Shown here piece after piece: positions 1 to 8,580 of a DNA stretch of 11,904 nucleotides (position 1 is the stretch's first letter; every line of letters starts with the position of its first letter). This stretch comes from Azolla caroliniana. Lineage: Eukaryota; Plantae; Polypodiophyta. Location of the stretch: positions 1-11,904 of the forward strand of contig JBHGNT010001118.1 of assembly GCA_043228905.1 (NCBI GenBank). The letters are read 5' to 3'. The notes under the pieces are model-generated. The model did not search any database. It worked only from the letters and a program-made list of their open reading frames with translations, and was not told where the DNA came from. The translations under genes and the position numbers were made by a program.

Positions 1-1573
1 AATCTGTGGATTCGGTGCGAGAGAAGTCGGTTACCGGTGAAACCGATCTCACGTTGTGTGTTGGGCCGTCATGAAGGGTGGTTGGCACTTCGGAAAATAT
101 TACCCTTCACACTTCCATAGGCCTTTCGGCCGTTTTGTGCATAGTCGACTCGTTGAACACGACGTCCGAACTTCGGACGATTTGCCTGTGCTCGGGGTCC
201 CAGAGTCGGTATCCGATCTCGCCGTCGGGTCCATACCCGAGGAAAACGCATTTCCTTGATCTCGGTTCGAGATTTCGGCGGTCGCCTTTCGGTATGAGGG
301 CGTATGCCTCGCAACCGAAAATCCTCAGCTTATCATAATTCGGCTTTCTGCCGGTCCATATTTCCCCTTTGTGGGGTGTCCACCCTCCTGATGAGAAACC
401 AGCACGGATGCCAACTTCATCAAGTTGTCCGACTAAGATCAAGGGTCGTGAGAGCTCAGGAACGTGTCGGACGTTGTGTAGTACGAGAGTAGAGCCACCC
501 GGAAGGTTGAGCTCTACGGTGCCAATTCCGATGATAGCACAGTGCTATGAATTTCCGACCCGAACTGAGTCGGAGTGCCGGTCCGAATATTGCCAAAACT
601 GTGATCGGTGAGGTGTCACGTGATACGACGCGCCCAAGTCCAGAAGCCATGTGCTCGATTCCTCAATCGTAAGCAGAACTTCTGATTCGACTGGATTCTT
701 TATGGAAAATATGTTTGGGTCGGTCATCAATATCTCGGCTGAAGAGCCGACATAGTTGACTTCCTCATGCCGGTTACTCCTCTGATCAGCTCTCTGAGCT
801 TTGTCTGTCCTTGACTTGAGTACCCGACAGTCGGCCTTGATGTGTCCCGGTTTCTTGCAGTAGTTGCAAATTCGGGTTTCCCGGGACTTATTGCGGCTTT
901 GCTGATTTGTCGGCGGTCGGGAAGAGCTTCTTCCCCGGTTGTTCGATCGGTCGGTCGAACCTTGTACTACATAGGCTTCTTCTGCCGAGTCTTTGGTGAA
1001 AGACTTTCTCCGAGCTGCTTCAGTCAGGATTGCACTTGTGACTTCAGAGTACTTGATGGCAGTCGTAGAAGCGTTGCACACAGTTGTAACGAAGGTTTCC
1101 CAAGAGGAGGGGAGACTGCTCATGAGTATCATTGCTCTGAGTTCATCCTCGATTGTCATCCCCTGTGACGAGATTTGGGAGCTGAAACTTTCGTACTCGT
1201 TAAGGTGTGCCTGAACCGAATCGGAGTCTTTCATCTGCAAGTTGTAGAGGTGCCGGATCAAATATATCTTCGTTGAGGCGACCTTCTTTTCGTAGGTTTT
1301 CGACAGCTTCTTCCAAAGTTCGAAGGCTGTCGTGCACGATTGCACTGTGAAGTACACTGACTCCGACAGGTGCATCCGAATGGTGGCGCGAACGATTCTG
1401 TCCAGCTTCTGCCACTCATTTGCCTTGTATATTTCTGGAGCAGTTTCATTCTCAATCGGATCGATCTGACCCTTGACTATAAGATAGTCCTGCATTTGCT
1501 CCTTCCAAAAATTGAAGTTTGAACCGTCGAACCTCCTTAGTCTCATTTCCGATGAGACGGATGTTGATGCCAT
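1..1573 (-). pseudogene. gag-pol: Copia gag-pol polyprotein pseudogene (gag, zinc knuckle, protease, integrase C-terminal SH3-like region; integrase core missing)
   Basis: Motifs FDGSNFNFWK, LMSSLPSSWE, CCHC knuckle CNYCKKPGHIKADC, protease WLLDLGASYH (D-S-G degraded), LHNVRHVP, LRIFGCEAY, KCVFLGY, GYRLWDP, SSDVVFNE. ORFs 545-1573 and 107-442 share one frame, broken by TAG at 545-547 and TGA at 107-109; the frame continues to the window edge. Confidence 0.93.
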
Positions 1574-2266
1574 CAGATTCGGTTTCGGTTGACGAAGCTC
1601 GGTTCGGAGTTGACTACGAACTTTGTTGGAGTGCAGTCGGTCTGCTCACCCGATATCGTTCTAGTCGGATTTGAACCCGAGTCGGTTCGGTTTTGGATAT
1701 TTGTATTGTTGAACTTGCTCGAATTGACTCCGCTAACTTGAGGGACATAACCGACTGGTCTCCCCGAATGTTGCCAAGTCGGAGTGAGCCCGGTTCGCTT
1801 CCGGATATATATGCCAAATACCGATTATTGAAACCGATTGTCTGGACCGATTCTGCTTCAGGTGACTGTAGCGATGAGAGAGACGGATCCAATTGATCCT
1901 CCCGAATGTCGATCAGCCGGATGAAGCACGAATTGGGGTTGTTGTCTTGAGACCGATCTGCACCGAGTGGTTACAACGGGCAGCGAGCAGCGTTCGGTGA
2001 CATGTTCGGATGCCGTTTAACCGAGTGGAGCACGATCGTGTCAATGTTGCACAAGGGGATTTCACCTCGAGCGGTTACGATCACGAGGAACAAAGCACAG
2101 CCGGCTGGCTTACTCCAAGCGAAGATGATCTAACGCGATGAGATGCAAGCCTCGTTTTTGTTCTTCTTCTCTCTTCTCTGTTTCTTCAAATACAAAACAA
2201 AAAAAAACAGAATGTTGTGATCCAAAGATTCGAATGGCGGCCGGCAGCGGGATGAAGGACATCCAA

Positions 2267-2278
2267 GCTCTGATACCA
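2267..2278 (-). promoter_or_regulatory. Primer-binding site of element A, complementary to the initiator tRNA-Met 3' end
   Basis: Minus strand reads ...CTACA TT TGGTATCAGAGC, the canonical plant tRNA-iMet PBS, 2 nt after the LTR end. Confidence 0.95.
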
Positions 2279-2280
2279 AA

Positions 2281-2570
2281 TGTAGGGGATGAACAAGGCC
2301 GTTAGTGTGGAAGAGATCACACAGTATGAAACTGTGAGGAAGAAATACCTGCGTATGAGAAAGGCAAGAACAAAGACGCACAGAGAGAGAGAGAGCGAGC
2401 GAGAGGCACAAAGAATATATCTATATTCTTAAAAGGGCAACAACTACAACAAATGAACAACTAAAAACTTACAAAAGGTTCTGCCCTTTATGTTATTTAC
2501 AGAAATAACCCAAACTTGGGCTCTCTAAGAGGATAGTGTGAATACGTCCATTATACATTTGTATTCAACA
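2281..2570 (-). repeat. 5' LTR of element A (290 bp)
   Basis: Starts TGTTGAATAC (2570) and ends CCCCTACA (2281) on minus, abutting the PBS. Copia B coding sequence begins at 2571. Contains an (AG)7 tract at 2382-2395. The partner LTR is outside the window. Confidence 0.85.
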
Positions 2571-3367
2571 ACGACACCATGCATCTCATTTGGCACATCG
2601 GCAATGTCCCATTCGGGAAAGAAGGGGAGCAAACTTGCATGAAGAATGTCTTGCACGTGCCCACAATAACAAAGAATTTGGTCTCGGTCGGCCAAATCGT
2701 GGAGCAAGGCATGCTAGTTCGCTTCAACAACGAAGGTTGTTTCATCGAGAAAGATGGTCGACTCATAGCGAAGGGGCGAAGAGACTGCCGAATGTTCATC
2801 CTCGATTCGAACGAGGTGAAATCGGCAATGTATGCCAAAGGTCTCAAAACCGAGACAAGCATCGAGTTGTGGCATAAGAGAATCGGCCACATAAACCTCC
2901 AACGACTTCGAGCAATGCAAACCAAGGGATTCGTCATCGGACTTCCGACATTCGAGTCAAAACGAGTCCACCGAGTATGCGAAGCATGTCAACTCGCTAA
3001 ACAACATCGACTCCCATTCCCGAAGGAGAGCTACACGAGCAAAGGGCTCCTCGACGTCAGACACTTGGATGTATGGGGACCGGCTCAAACGCCGGCGATC
3101 GGCGGATGCCGATACTATGTAACCTTCATCAACGACAACTCCCGCTACACGTGGATCTACCCGATGAAGAAGAAAAGCGAAGTGCTCTCCCACTTCCAAA
3201 AGCTCAAGCGTCAAGTCAAAAAAGAAACCGGTCGGCACATTCGATGCCTACGATCGGATGGAGGCAAGGAGTACTTCTCTGACGAGTTCACCTCCTACCT
3301 CCAAAGTGAAGGCATTCGGAGAGAGTTCTCATGCCGACACACACCCCAACAAAATGGAGTCACCGGA
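2571..3367 (+). pseudogene. pol: Element B: Ty1/copia pol fragment (post-protease region, integrase HHCC zinc finger, first part of the integrase core), truncated at both ends by insertions
   Basis: Reads (D)DTMHLIWHIGNVP...NVLHVPTITKNLVSVGQ...LWHKRIGHIN...CEACQ...HLDVWGP...RSDGGKEYFS...HTPQQNGV. Copia similarity stops just before the catalytic E (normally QNGVAER), where TGTTAC begins at 3368. Confidence 0.93.
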
Positions 3368-3836
3368 TGTTACCGATTAGGAACACTGTCTACGCTCAGT
3401 CCTTCGACGTAGACCTCAAGGTGACTATGCTACAAGGAATGGAACCGTCGTACTATAAATCGTAATGGGATACTCACTTGTATCCTAGTAGTGTATAAGG
3501 GAGACGGCTATAACCGAACTCCTTAGGAAGTGCACTAGTAACCGCACTTACACCTACACCCTTACGATTTACAGTACGCAACAGAGAAACAAAGAACGTA
3601 GGAGATAAAACCACATATATGCACAGAGATCAGAGAAGATAGTATTCTATTAGGAAAAACTCTCTATGCACCAAAATTACACGCTACCTCTTATAGAGGA
3701 TTTTTGCCCTTTATATACACAGGGCTTTTAGCCGTTCACACTTCCCGCGTGAACCGTTACATGCGTTTCTTAACGCTTTACTATATTATAATGCTTCTGT
3801 GCTTCTGTTCGTCGGTTACTATTCCGACGGACAACA
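3368..3836 (+). repeat. 5' LTR of element C (469 bp)
   Basis: TGTT...AACA termini, non-coding, TATAAAT at 3454-3460, terminal hairpin 3807-3832, PBS 2 nt downstream. The partner LTR is not in the window. Confidence 0.78.
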
Positions 3837-3838
3837 CC

Positions 3839-3855
3839 TGGCACGCCTATGGGAC
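3839..3855 (+). promoter_or_regulatory. Primer-binding site of element C, tRNA-Arg(UCU)-like
   Basis: TGGCACGCCTATGGGAC versus the recalled plant Arg-type PBS TGGCACGCCCAGTGGGAC: first 9 nt exact, then one substitution and one deletion. The tRNA identity is from memory. Confidence 0.7.
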
Positions 3856-3883
3856 AGTGCCATGGCACGTCGGACCCATCCCT

Positions 3884-5739
3884 TTATTCTTCCTCCAAAA
3901 TAGCCCAGATGTTTGGTTTCGCTCCGATGTACTGGTACGGGGACGACATAGTGTCCGTAGGCGCGTCGTTGCGCGGTTGCATGTCTTGTACTTGCTCGGT
4001 GGGGCTTTCCATGGCGTTAACATCTCCTTGAGTGCGCGGACCGGGCTCTACTGGCTCATTCCGTTCTACTGTGGCTCGCTCTTCCATCTACGGGCTCTCG
4101 GTAGGCTGAGGCTCTATCCTGTCCGTAACTTCCTCAGTGTTGCCGGCTGTAGTTGTTCTCTCTGGTGAATTAGGTTGAGGTTCCTCCTGTTCGGTGGTAT
4201 CACAATGGGCTCCGCTCTTTGTCGCGTGCTACCTACCGTAGTTGTTATCTCCGGTGAAGTGGGGCTGAGGTTCCTCCTGTTCGGCAGTATCACTTTTTGG
4301 TATCGTGATGGGCTCCGCGCTTGGCCGTATGCTACTTGCTTGCATGATTCGGTGAAACATATCCTCCTGACTTTCGTCGAAATCGTCCAGTAGCTGCGGG
4401 AGTTCTTTCGGAATGCTAGTCTGCTAGCATGCGATAATCCTGCGCTAAATCCTCGCGTACTGCCGCAATGCCTTCCTCATTGAGTTTGTAGAAACCTCGG
4501 TCGTCTTTCCTATGGTTCTCCCAGTCTGCCCAATAGGTATGCAACTCCGCCGCTTGTGTTGCCCACGCCATCCAGCCTTTGTCTAGCGCCGCTTGTAATT
4601 GCGCCATAAACCTCTCCCGATTTGTTTGAAGAAGTATGCGCACATTGTCGGTTATTACTTGCCAGTGGTTTTGCACTTCTTCCAGGGTTTTCTTGAGGTT
4701 TTTGATTTCTTGCTTCCTAACCACAACCGCTTCCTCATAATTTCTCTTCATTCCTGCCCATATTTGAGATTCCTTCAAGTGTAATTCCTCTAGCCAGTCC
4801 ATTTCATTGTTCAGGCGAATTTCGACCTGCTGCCGCACCTCCTATTCCCGTACGAGATGCTTGTCGTACCACGCTTTCTTCTTTTCCAATAACGCCCGGA
4901 GTCTTGTGATCGTCGTTGCCGACTTTTGGGCTTCCTCCCGTAGTTTGGTGTTTTCTTCTTTCGTGTGGGTGTGCACCACTGCCTCTGCTTCAAGTTTCTC
5001 TTCAAGGGCCTTCATTGCCTTTGAGCCTTTGGCCCAGATGTCCTTTTCTCTCTCGGAGGATTGGTGGAGTTTGGAGCGGAGGCGGTCAATCTCGGATTCC
5101 ACTAGCTGCACAACCTTTTTTTCTTTTGAGGCGATGGTGATCTGGGCTTCAACCTCTTCTCTTAGGAACTGGGCCTCGGCGGTGTTGTATGTTGGTCAAG
5201 ATTCCTGTTGCGCCGTAGTTGCGTTCTGTTCCAACTCTGTGATGCGTTCATTGGCCTTTTGTAGCTCAGCTTGGGTCTATTTAACCGTCTTCCAAACATT
5301 TTTGTTTTTAATTGCCATTTCTTTGGTTCCGATACTAACCTTAGCCAGTTCCCTATGAAACTCGACGAGGGCCGCGTTTAATGGCGGTAGTTCAATTCCC
5401 ATTTTGCGTATACCGACATTCTGTTGTCTGCCTACTCTAGCCAGCGGCCCCTCATCCTCGCTTTCCACCGTTCTTGTTAGCGCGCTCAATCATTTGTTCT
5501 TCCGCGTGCTCCTCGGCCATCCGTTGTGAGACCTTTATTTGTTGCGTCACCAAAAATTTCATGAGTTCGTACGTAGTTCCAAACTGTAAAAGTGCGTCGA
5601 ACTCATAGGTTGTGTCTGGAATGTCCGGATACTTCAAGACCTCACTTTCCGCCGTAAACACTCCTTTCCCCCATTGTGACTGGGCCATAATGATCGGACA
5701 TGGTTCTCGGGTTATTTCGAAAGTGGTGTTGGGCTCCGT
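3884..5739 (-). pseudogene. Antisense ORF of element C: coiled-coil protein of unknown function with an acidic P/T/E-rich tail, 5' end cut off by element D
   Basis: ORFs 5277-5489, 4842-5111 and 4416-4838 share one frame, separated only by stops at 5277 (TAG), 5196 (TGA) and 4842 (TAG). Frameshifts near 5500, 4420 and in the 4150-4340 repeat link them to 5452-5757 and 3884-4087. E/K/Q/L-rich heptad-like sequence such as AELQKANERITELEQ. Confidence 0.75.
4149..4340. repeat. Imperfect tandem duplication (units of about 89 and 102 bp) in the tail of the antisense ORF
   Basis: GTAGTTGTT...GGTGAA...TGAGGTTCCTCCTGTTCGG..GTATCAC...ATGGGCTCCGC...TGCTAC occurs starting at 4149 and again at 4238. Each copy encodes a DTxEQEEPQP motif on minus. 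Confidence 0.85.
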
Positions 5740-5840
5740 TGTCGTAGTGTATTCCACACACTACGTGAAAACCATAAAATAATATATCCGATTTTAGATA
5801 CATATAAATAAATAAATAATATATCAAAATATTTATCACG

Positions 5841-5910
5841 TGCATAGGGCAGGATACGAACCTTGCACCTCCACGTAGATAAACCTCAACTTTACCATTG
5901 TAATAACTTA
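5841..5910 (-). other. Degenerate tRNA-like / RNA polymerase III A-box and B-box segment inside LTR D
   Basis: Minus strand has TTACAATGGTAAAG (D-loop/A-box-like) and GCAAGGTTCGTATCCTGC (T-arm/B-box, 5852-5862) at tRNA-like spacing. No convincing acceptor stem, so it is not a functional tRNA. Confidence 0.4.
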
Positions 5911-6161
5911 TCTTTAATGTTATACATATAGATTTAATACGTATAAGACCTTTATTTACACATACCTTTATTAAGAGGTAAAAATCATGTATTCTTTAGG
6001 GTGTGAATATTTTATTTACACGTGACATTAAAAGTGACTCATGCACATCTAGCGTGCATGAGCCCTATACTTAGGAAATGACAAAGCATCACATGCACAT
6101 TTAGTGTGCATGGACACTTTTGGTGAAAAAGCATGAAGCCATGCTTAGCCTCTTCCATTTT

Positions 6162-6168
6162 TATATAA
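6162..6168 (+). promoter_or_regulatory. TATA box of LTR D
   Basis: TATATAAGG in the middle of the LTR, downstream of a cluster of palindromic motifs. Confidence 0.6.
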
Positions 6169-6447
6169 GGAGGAGAGAAATATGTATAAGGTTGTTGATT
6201 AATATACAAGGATTGATCAATCTAATATATTCGGGGGATTCACGAATTTTGTCATCTAAATTACTCTTATAATCTAAATATTGTTTTAAATACACTAAAC
6301 TCGTGGGATTCACGAGATTGTTATCTTACTTCTCTTTCCACTATTCATAACTAGCCTTAAGTTGTATTCCTCTTCCTCCTAGTCAAAAACCTCGGTGGTT
6401 CCCACCCGACTCATGCAACGATCCAGAGCCGAAAGGCACGACACAGT

Positions 6448-6464
6448 TGGTGAACCCGAAGTGA
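6448..6464 (+). promoter_or_regulatory. Primer-binding site of element D, tRNA-Trp
   Basis: TGGTGAACCCGAAGTGA, 16 of 17 matching the complement of the recalled plant tRNA-Trp 3' end (TGGTGAACCCGACGTGA). It lies between the LTR end and the gag ATG at 6484. Confidence 0.85.
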
Positions 6465-6483
6465 AGCACCGGGTGGCAAGGAG

Positions 6484-8526
6484 ATGGAAAATCAACCGGA
6501 GGCTAGCAACATGATGATGATGTTCGAGCGCATGCTACAAGAACAACCCGCGATGTCGGAGATAGCGGCATCAATGGAGCGGCTCGTGCAACGAAACGGG
6601 CAATTCAACGGGAAAGACGTGTCGCGGTATCTTCGGGACTACAAGGCGGAGATGCTACAGTGCGGAATATCGGAAGGACTGCAAGTGACGTCCTTCAACC
6701 GGGTGGCGACCGACGGGCTTCAAGCAAGCATCCATGGGCTACGACAGCAAAATCCGACATGGGAGGCGTTTGAAGTAGAGCTAAAGAGGACGTTCGCCAT
6801 CGAGGATTCCTCCAAGGCGACGCGAAGGGGATTCGAAGATTGGGTGGAGATGCCGGACAAGGGATTGAAGGTCATTGATGTGTTTTCGGCATTCGAAAGC
6901 CGGTTCGGGAGGTTGTCCGCGAGAGATCAAGCTATCCTTGTACCGGACAAGGTGATCATGTTCTTGCGAGCCGTGGACGTCCGGGACCGGAAAGATCTCT
7001 GACATCTCTTGGAGGACACGACCACGGAGAGTGGCCTCGCCGAAACATGGGAAAGCATGCAGGATATCGTTGCGCGATACACGAAGAGGGGGCAATGGCT
7101 TGCCAACGAGGAAAAGAGGGGTTCGGAACCGATTCTGAAACCGAGAACCGGATTGGAAGACCATCAATCGAGAGCTCGGGAGACTACAACCGAGAAGGGG
7201 ATTGATGCATCTATGGTGGAGCAACTATTGAAGGAGATGGAGAATCTAAAGATCGCGATGGTGAAGAAGTCGGATGACCGCCCCACAAGCTCCAAGTATA
7301 CGGACCGACGGTGCATATGGTGCGATAGCGCCGAACACGATCGGAGGGATTGCGACGAGCATAAGGAGGCGCTAGGGCGGGATCTCATCTACTACGAGGG
7401 AAACCGGATTCATTCGATGGACTCTCGGAAGCCACTCCGACCGAACTTCCGGAAAGGCGGCATGAAGAAGGTGCTCGAGGAGGAATTGGCAGCAAGAAGC
7501 AACTATGCGACAACCGCGGGAATATGTGTCGAGGAGTCATCGAGAGCAAAGACGTCTTTTTGGCCGGAAGTTCTAGAAAACACCGAGAAAACCGACTCCA
7601 ACGAGATCCGAAGCACCGCAGAAGGCGTCCGGGAAGCTACGGGATGCGAGTGCCTTGTCGACAAGAATAGCGTATACGCCCTGTGTCAATTGCATAAGGT
7701 GTATGTGGACGAGAAACGACGACGCACGGAGGATGCGGCCGGGCCATCGAAGATACCGGAAAGCTGGAACTCCAGAGGTAAGGGAAAAGAAAAGGCGACT
7801 CCGGCATTCAAGCTCGCCTCGGACATAGAACAACAAACCGACTTGAAAAGAGTGTTTGAGGAAAGGATCTTGGATAGCCGGGTAGATTTCTCGCTTCGGG
7901 AGCTACTCGGAATAGCAAAGAAGGAGTTCCACGATCTTCTCGTGGATCTCGTGAAGCGAAAAAGACAAAGTACGGAGGAAAATGCTCCAAGGGTGAATGC
8001 GAACACCGTTTTAATGAACGATACCGAAGTGGAGGATGAAATTCCGAACTCCCACTATACAAGGCCACATTGGGCACGCGCAACTACGGAGACTCCGGTC
8101 CGAATCGGCAACATCAAAGAACCTGTGCTAGCTTTGATTTATCATGGATCGGAGATCAACTTGATGTCCAATGAGTTCTACCGGAAGGGGAAGTGTCCTA
8201 TTAACACCAACCATGGATGGAAGATTCGGATGGCCACCAAAGCAACGGAAGATCTATTTGCGGCTTGTCCGGATGTGACGGTGAAGATCGGGGATGTCGA
8301 GATCGACCAAAATTTCTTCGTGCAAGATGAGGTTTCACATTCCGTCATCCTCGGCCAACCCTTTATCACGGCATCACGGATGGAGACGAAGGTGCTCGAT
8401 AGCGGTGCGGCTTTTGCGCGAATTCGGAGCCAAAACGGTGGGAAATCCGTCCAATTCCTAACGGTGCCGGCAAATCACCAAAGGAACAAGAGGGAACTCT
8501 TGTCCCAAGTGAGAATGGATTTTTAA
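6484..8526 (+). pseudogene. gag: Gypsy gag-protease ORF with one premature stop and a mutated protease active site
   Basis: ORFs 6484-7002 and 7009-8526 are in frame across TGA 7000-7002. Capsid-like FNGKDVSRYL, CCHC knuckle CIWCDSAEHDRRDC (7312-7353), aspartic protease ALIYHGSEINLM (catalytic D replaced by Y at 8140-8142) and ILGQPF. Confidence 0.9.
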
Positions 8527-8580
8527 AGCGGACTGTTGCGGAGTGGGGAAGTGATAGTCCGAGACGCCCTGATACCCCAC
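8517..8580 (+). promoter_or_regulatory. Putative -1 programmed ribosomal frameshift signal (slippery heptamer plus pseudoknot)
   Basis: G GAT TTT directly before the gag TAA, 5-nt spacer, stem 8529-8539/8551-8561, loop GTGGGG (8543-8548) complementary to CCCCAC (8575-8580). The -1 frame is open from here into pol. Confidence 0.8.

Larger units (their letters stand above)
1..2570 (-). mobile_element. Element A: Ty1/copia LTR retrotransposon (Tnt1/Tork-like), 5' part; continues beyond the left edge
   Basis: On the minus strand, in order: LTR (TGTTG...CTACA), PBS TGGTATCAGAGC, a leader of about 690 bp, then copia gag, protease and integrase C-terminal sequence. Confidence 0.93.
3368..5739 (+). 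mobile_element. Element C: unclassified LTR retrotransposon (LTR + tRNA-Arg-like PBS + antisense ORF), interrupted by element D
   Basis: TG...CA-bounded segment starting exactly where copia B homology ends, followed by a PBS-like sequence. No gag or pol of its own is visible in the window. Orientation is assigned from the PBS. Confidence 0.75.
5740..6443 (+). repeat. 5' LTR of element D (704 bp)
   Basis: Perfect 6-bp terminal inverted repeat TGTCGT (5740-5745) / ACGACA (6438-6443). AT-rich, TATATAA at 6162-6168, PBS 4 nt downstream. An alternative right end at CA 6444-6445 is possible. Confidence 0.8.

Noticed and set aside
1614-1896. ORFs 1614-1892 (-) and 1693-1896 (+) in the leader of element A
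   Set aside because: Short, non-ATG starts and no recognisable domain. An upstream ORF role cannot be supported.
2571-3367. Fragment B as the excised and inverted integrase missing from element A
   Set aside because: The overlapping post-protease regions differ strongly (LHNVRHVPELSRPLILVGQL versus MKNVLHVPTITKNLVSVGQI), so B is a different family.
3704-5358. Plus-strand hydrophobic ORFs (3704-4168, 4175-4393, 4807-5358) as env-like or membrane proteins
   Set aside because: They are antisense shadows of the E/K-rich minus ORF and of AT-rich LTR sequence, and the first one crosses the LTR/PBS boundary.
5740-5757. GTG start and MEYTTT N-terminus of ORF 5452-5757
   Set aside because: These codons come from the LTR D terminus. 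The true 5' end of the ORF should lie beyond element D.
5759-5771. CACTACGTGAAAA resembling a CACTA transposon terminal repeat
   Set aside because: There is no matching opposite end. It lies inside the TGTCGT...ACGACA-bounded LTR D and forms one arm of a local inverted repeat (5743-5750/5758-5765).
6390-6445. Hammerhead ribozyme (retrozyme) suggested by GCCGAAAGGC
   Set aside because: The conserved CTGANGA and GAAA core boxes flanking stem II are absent.
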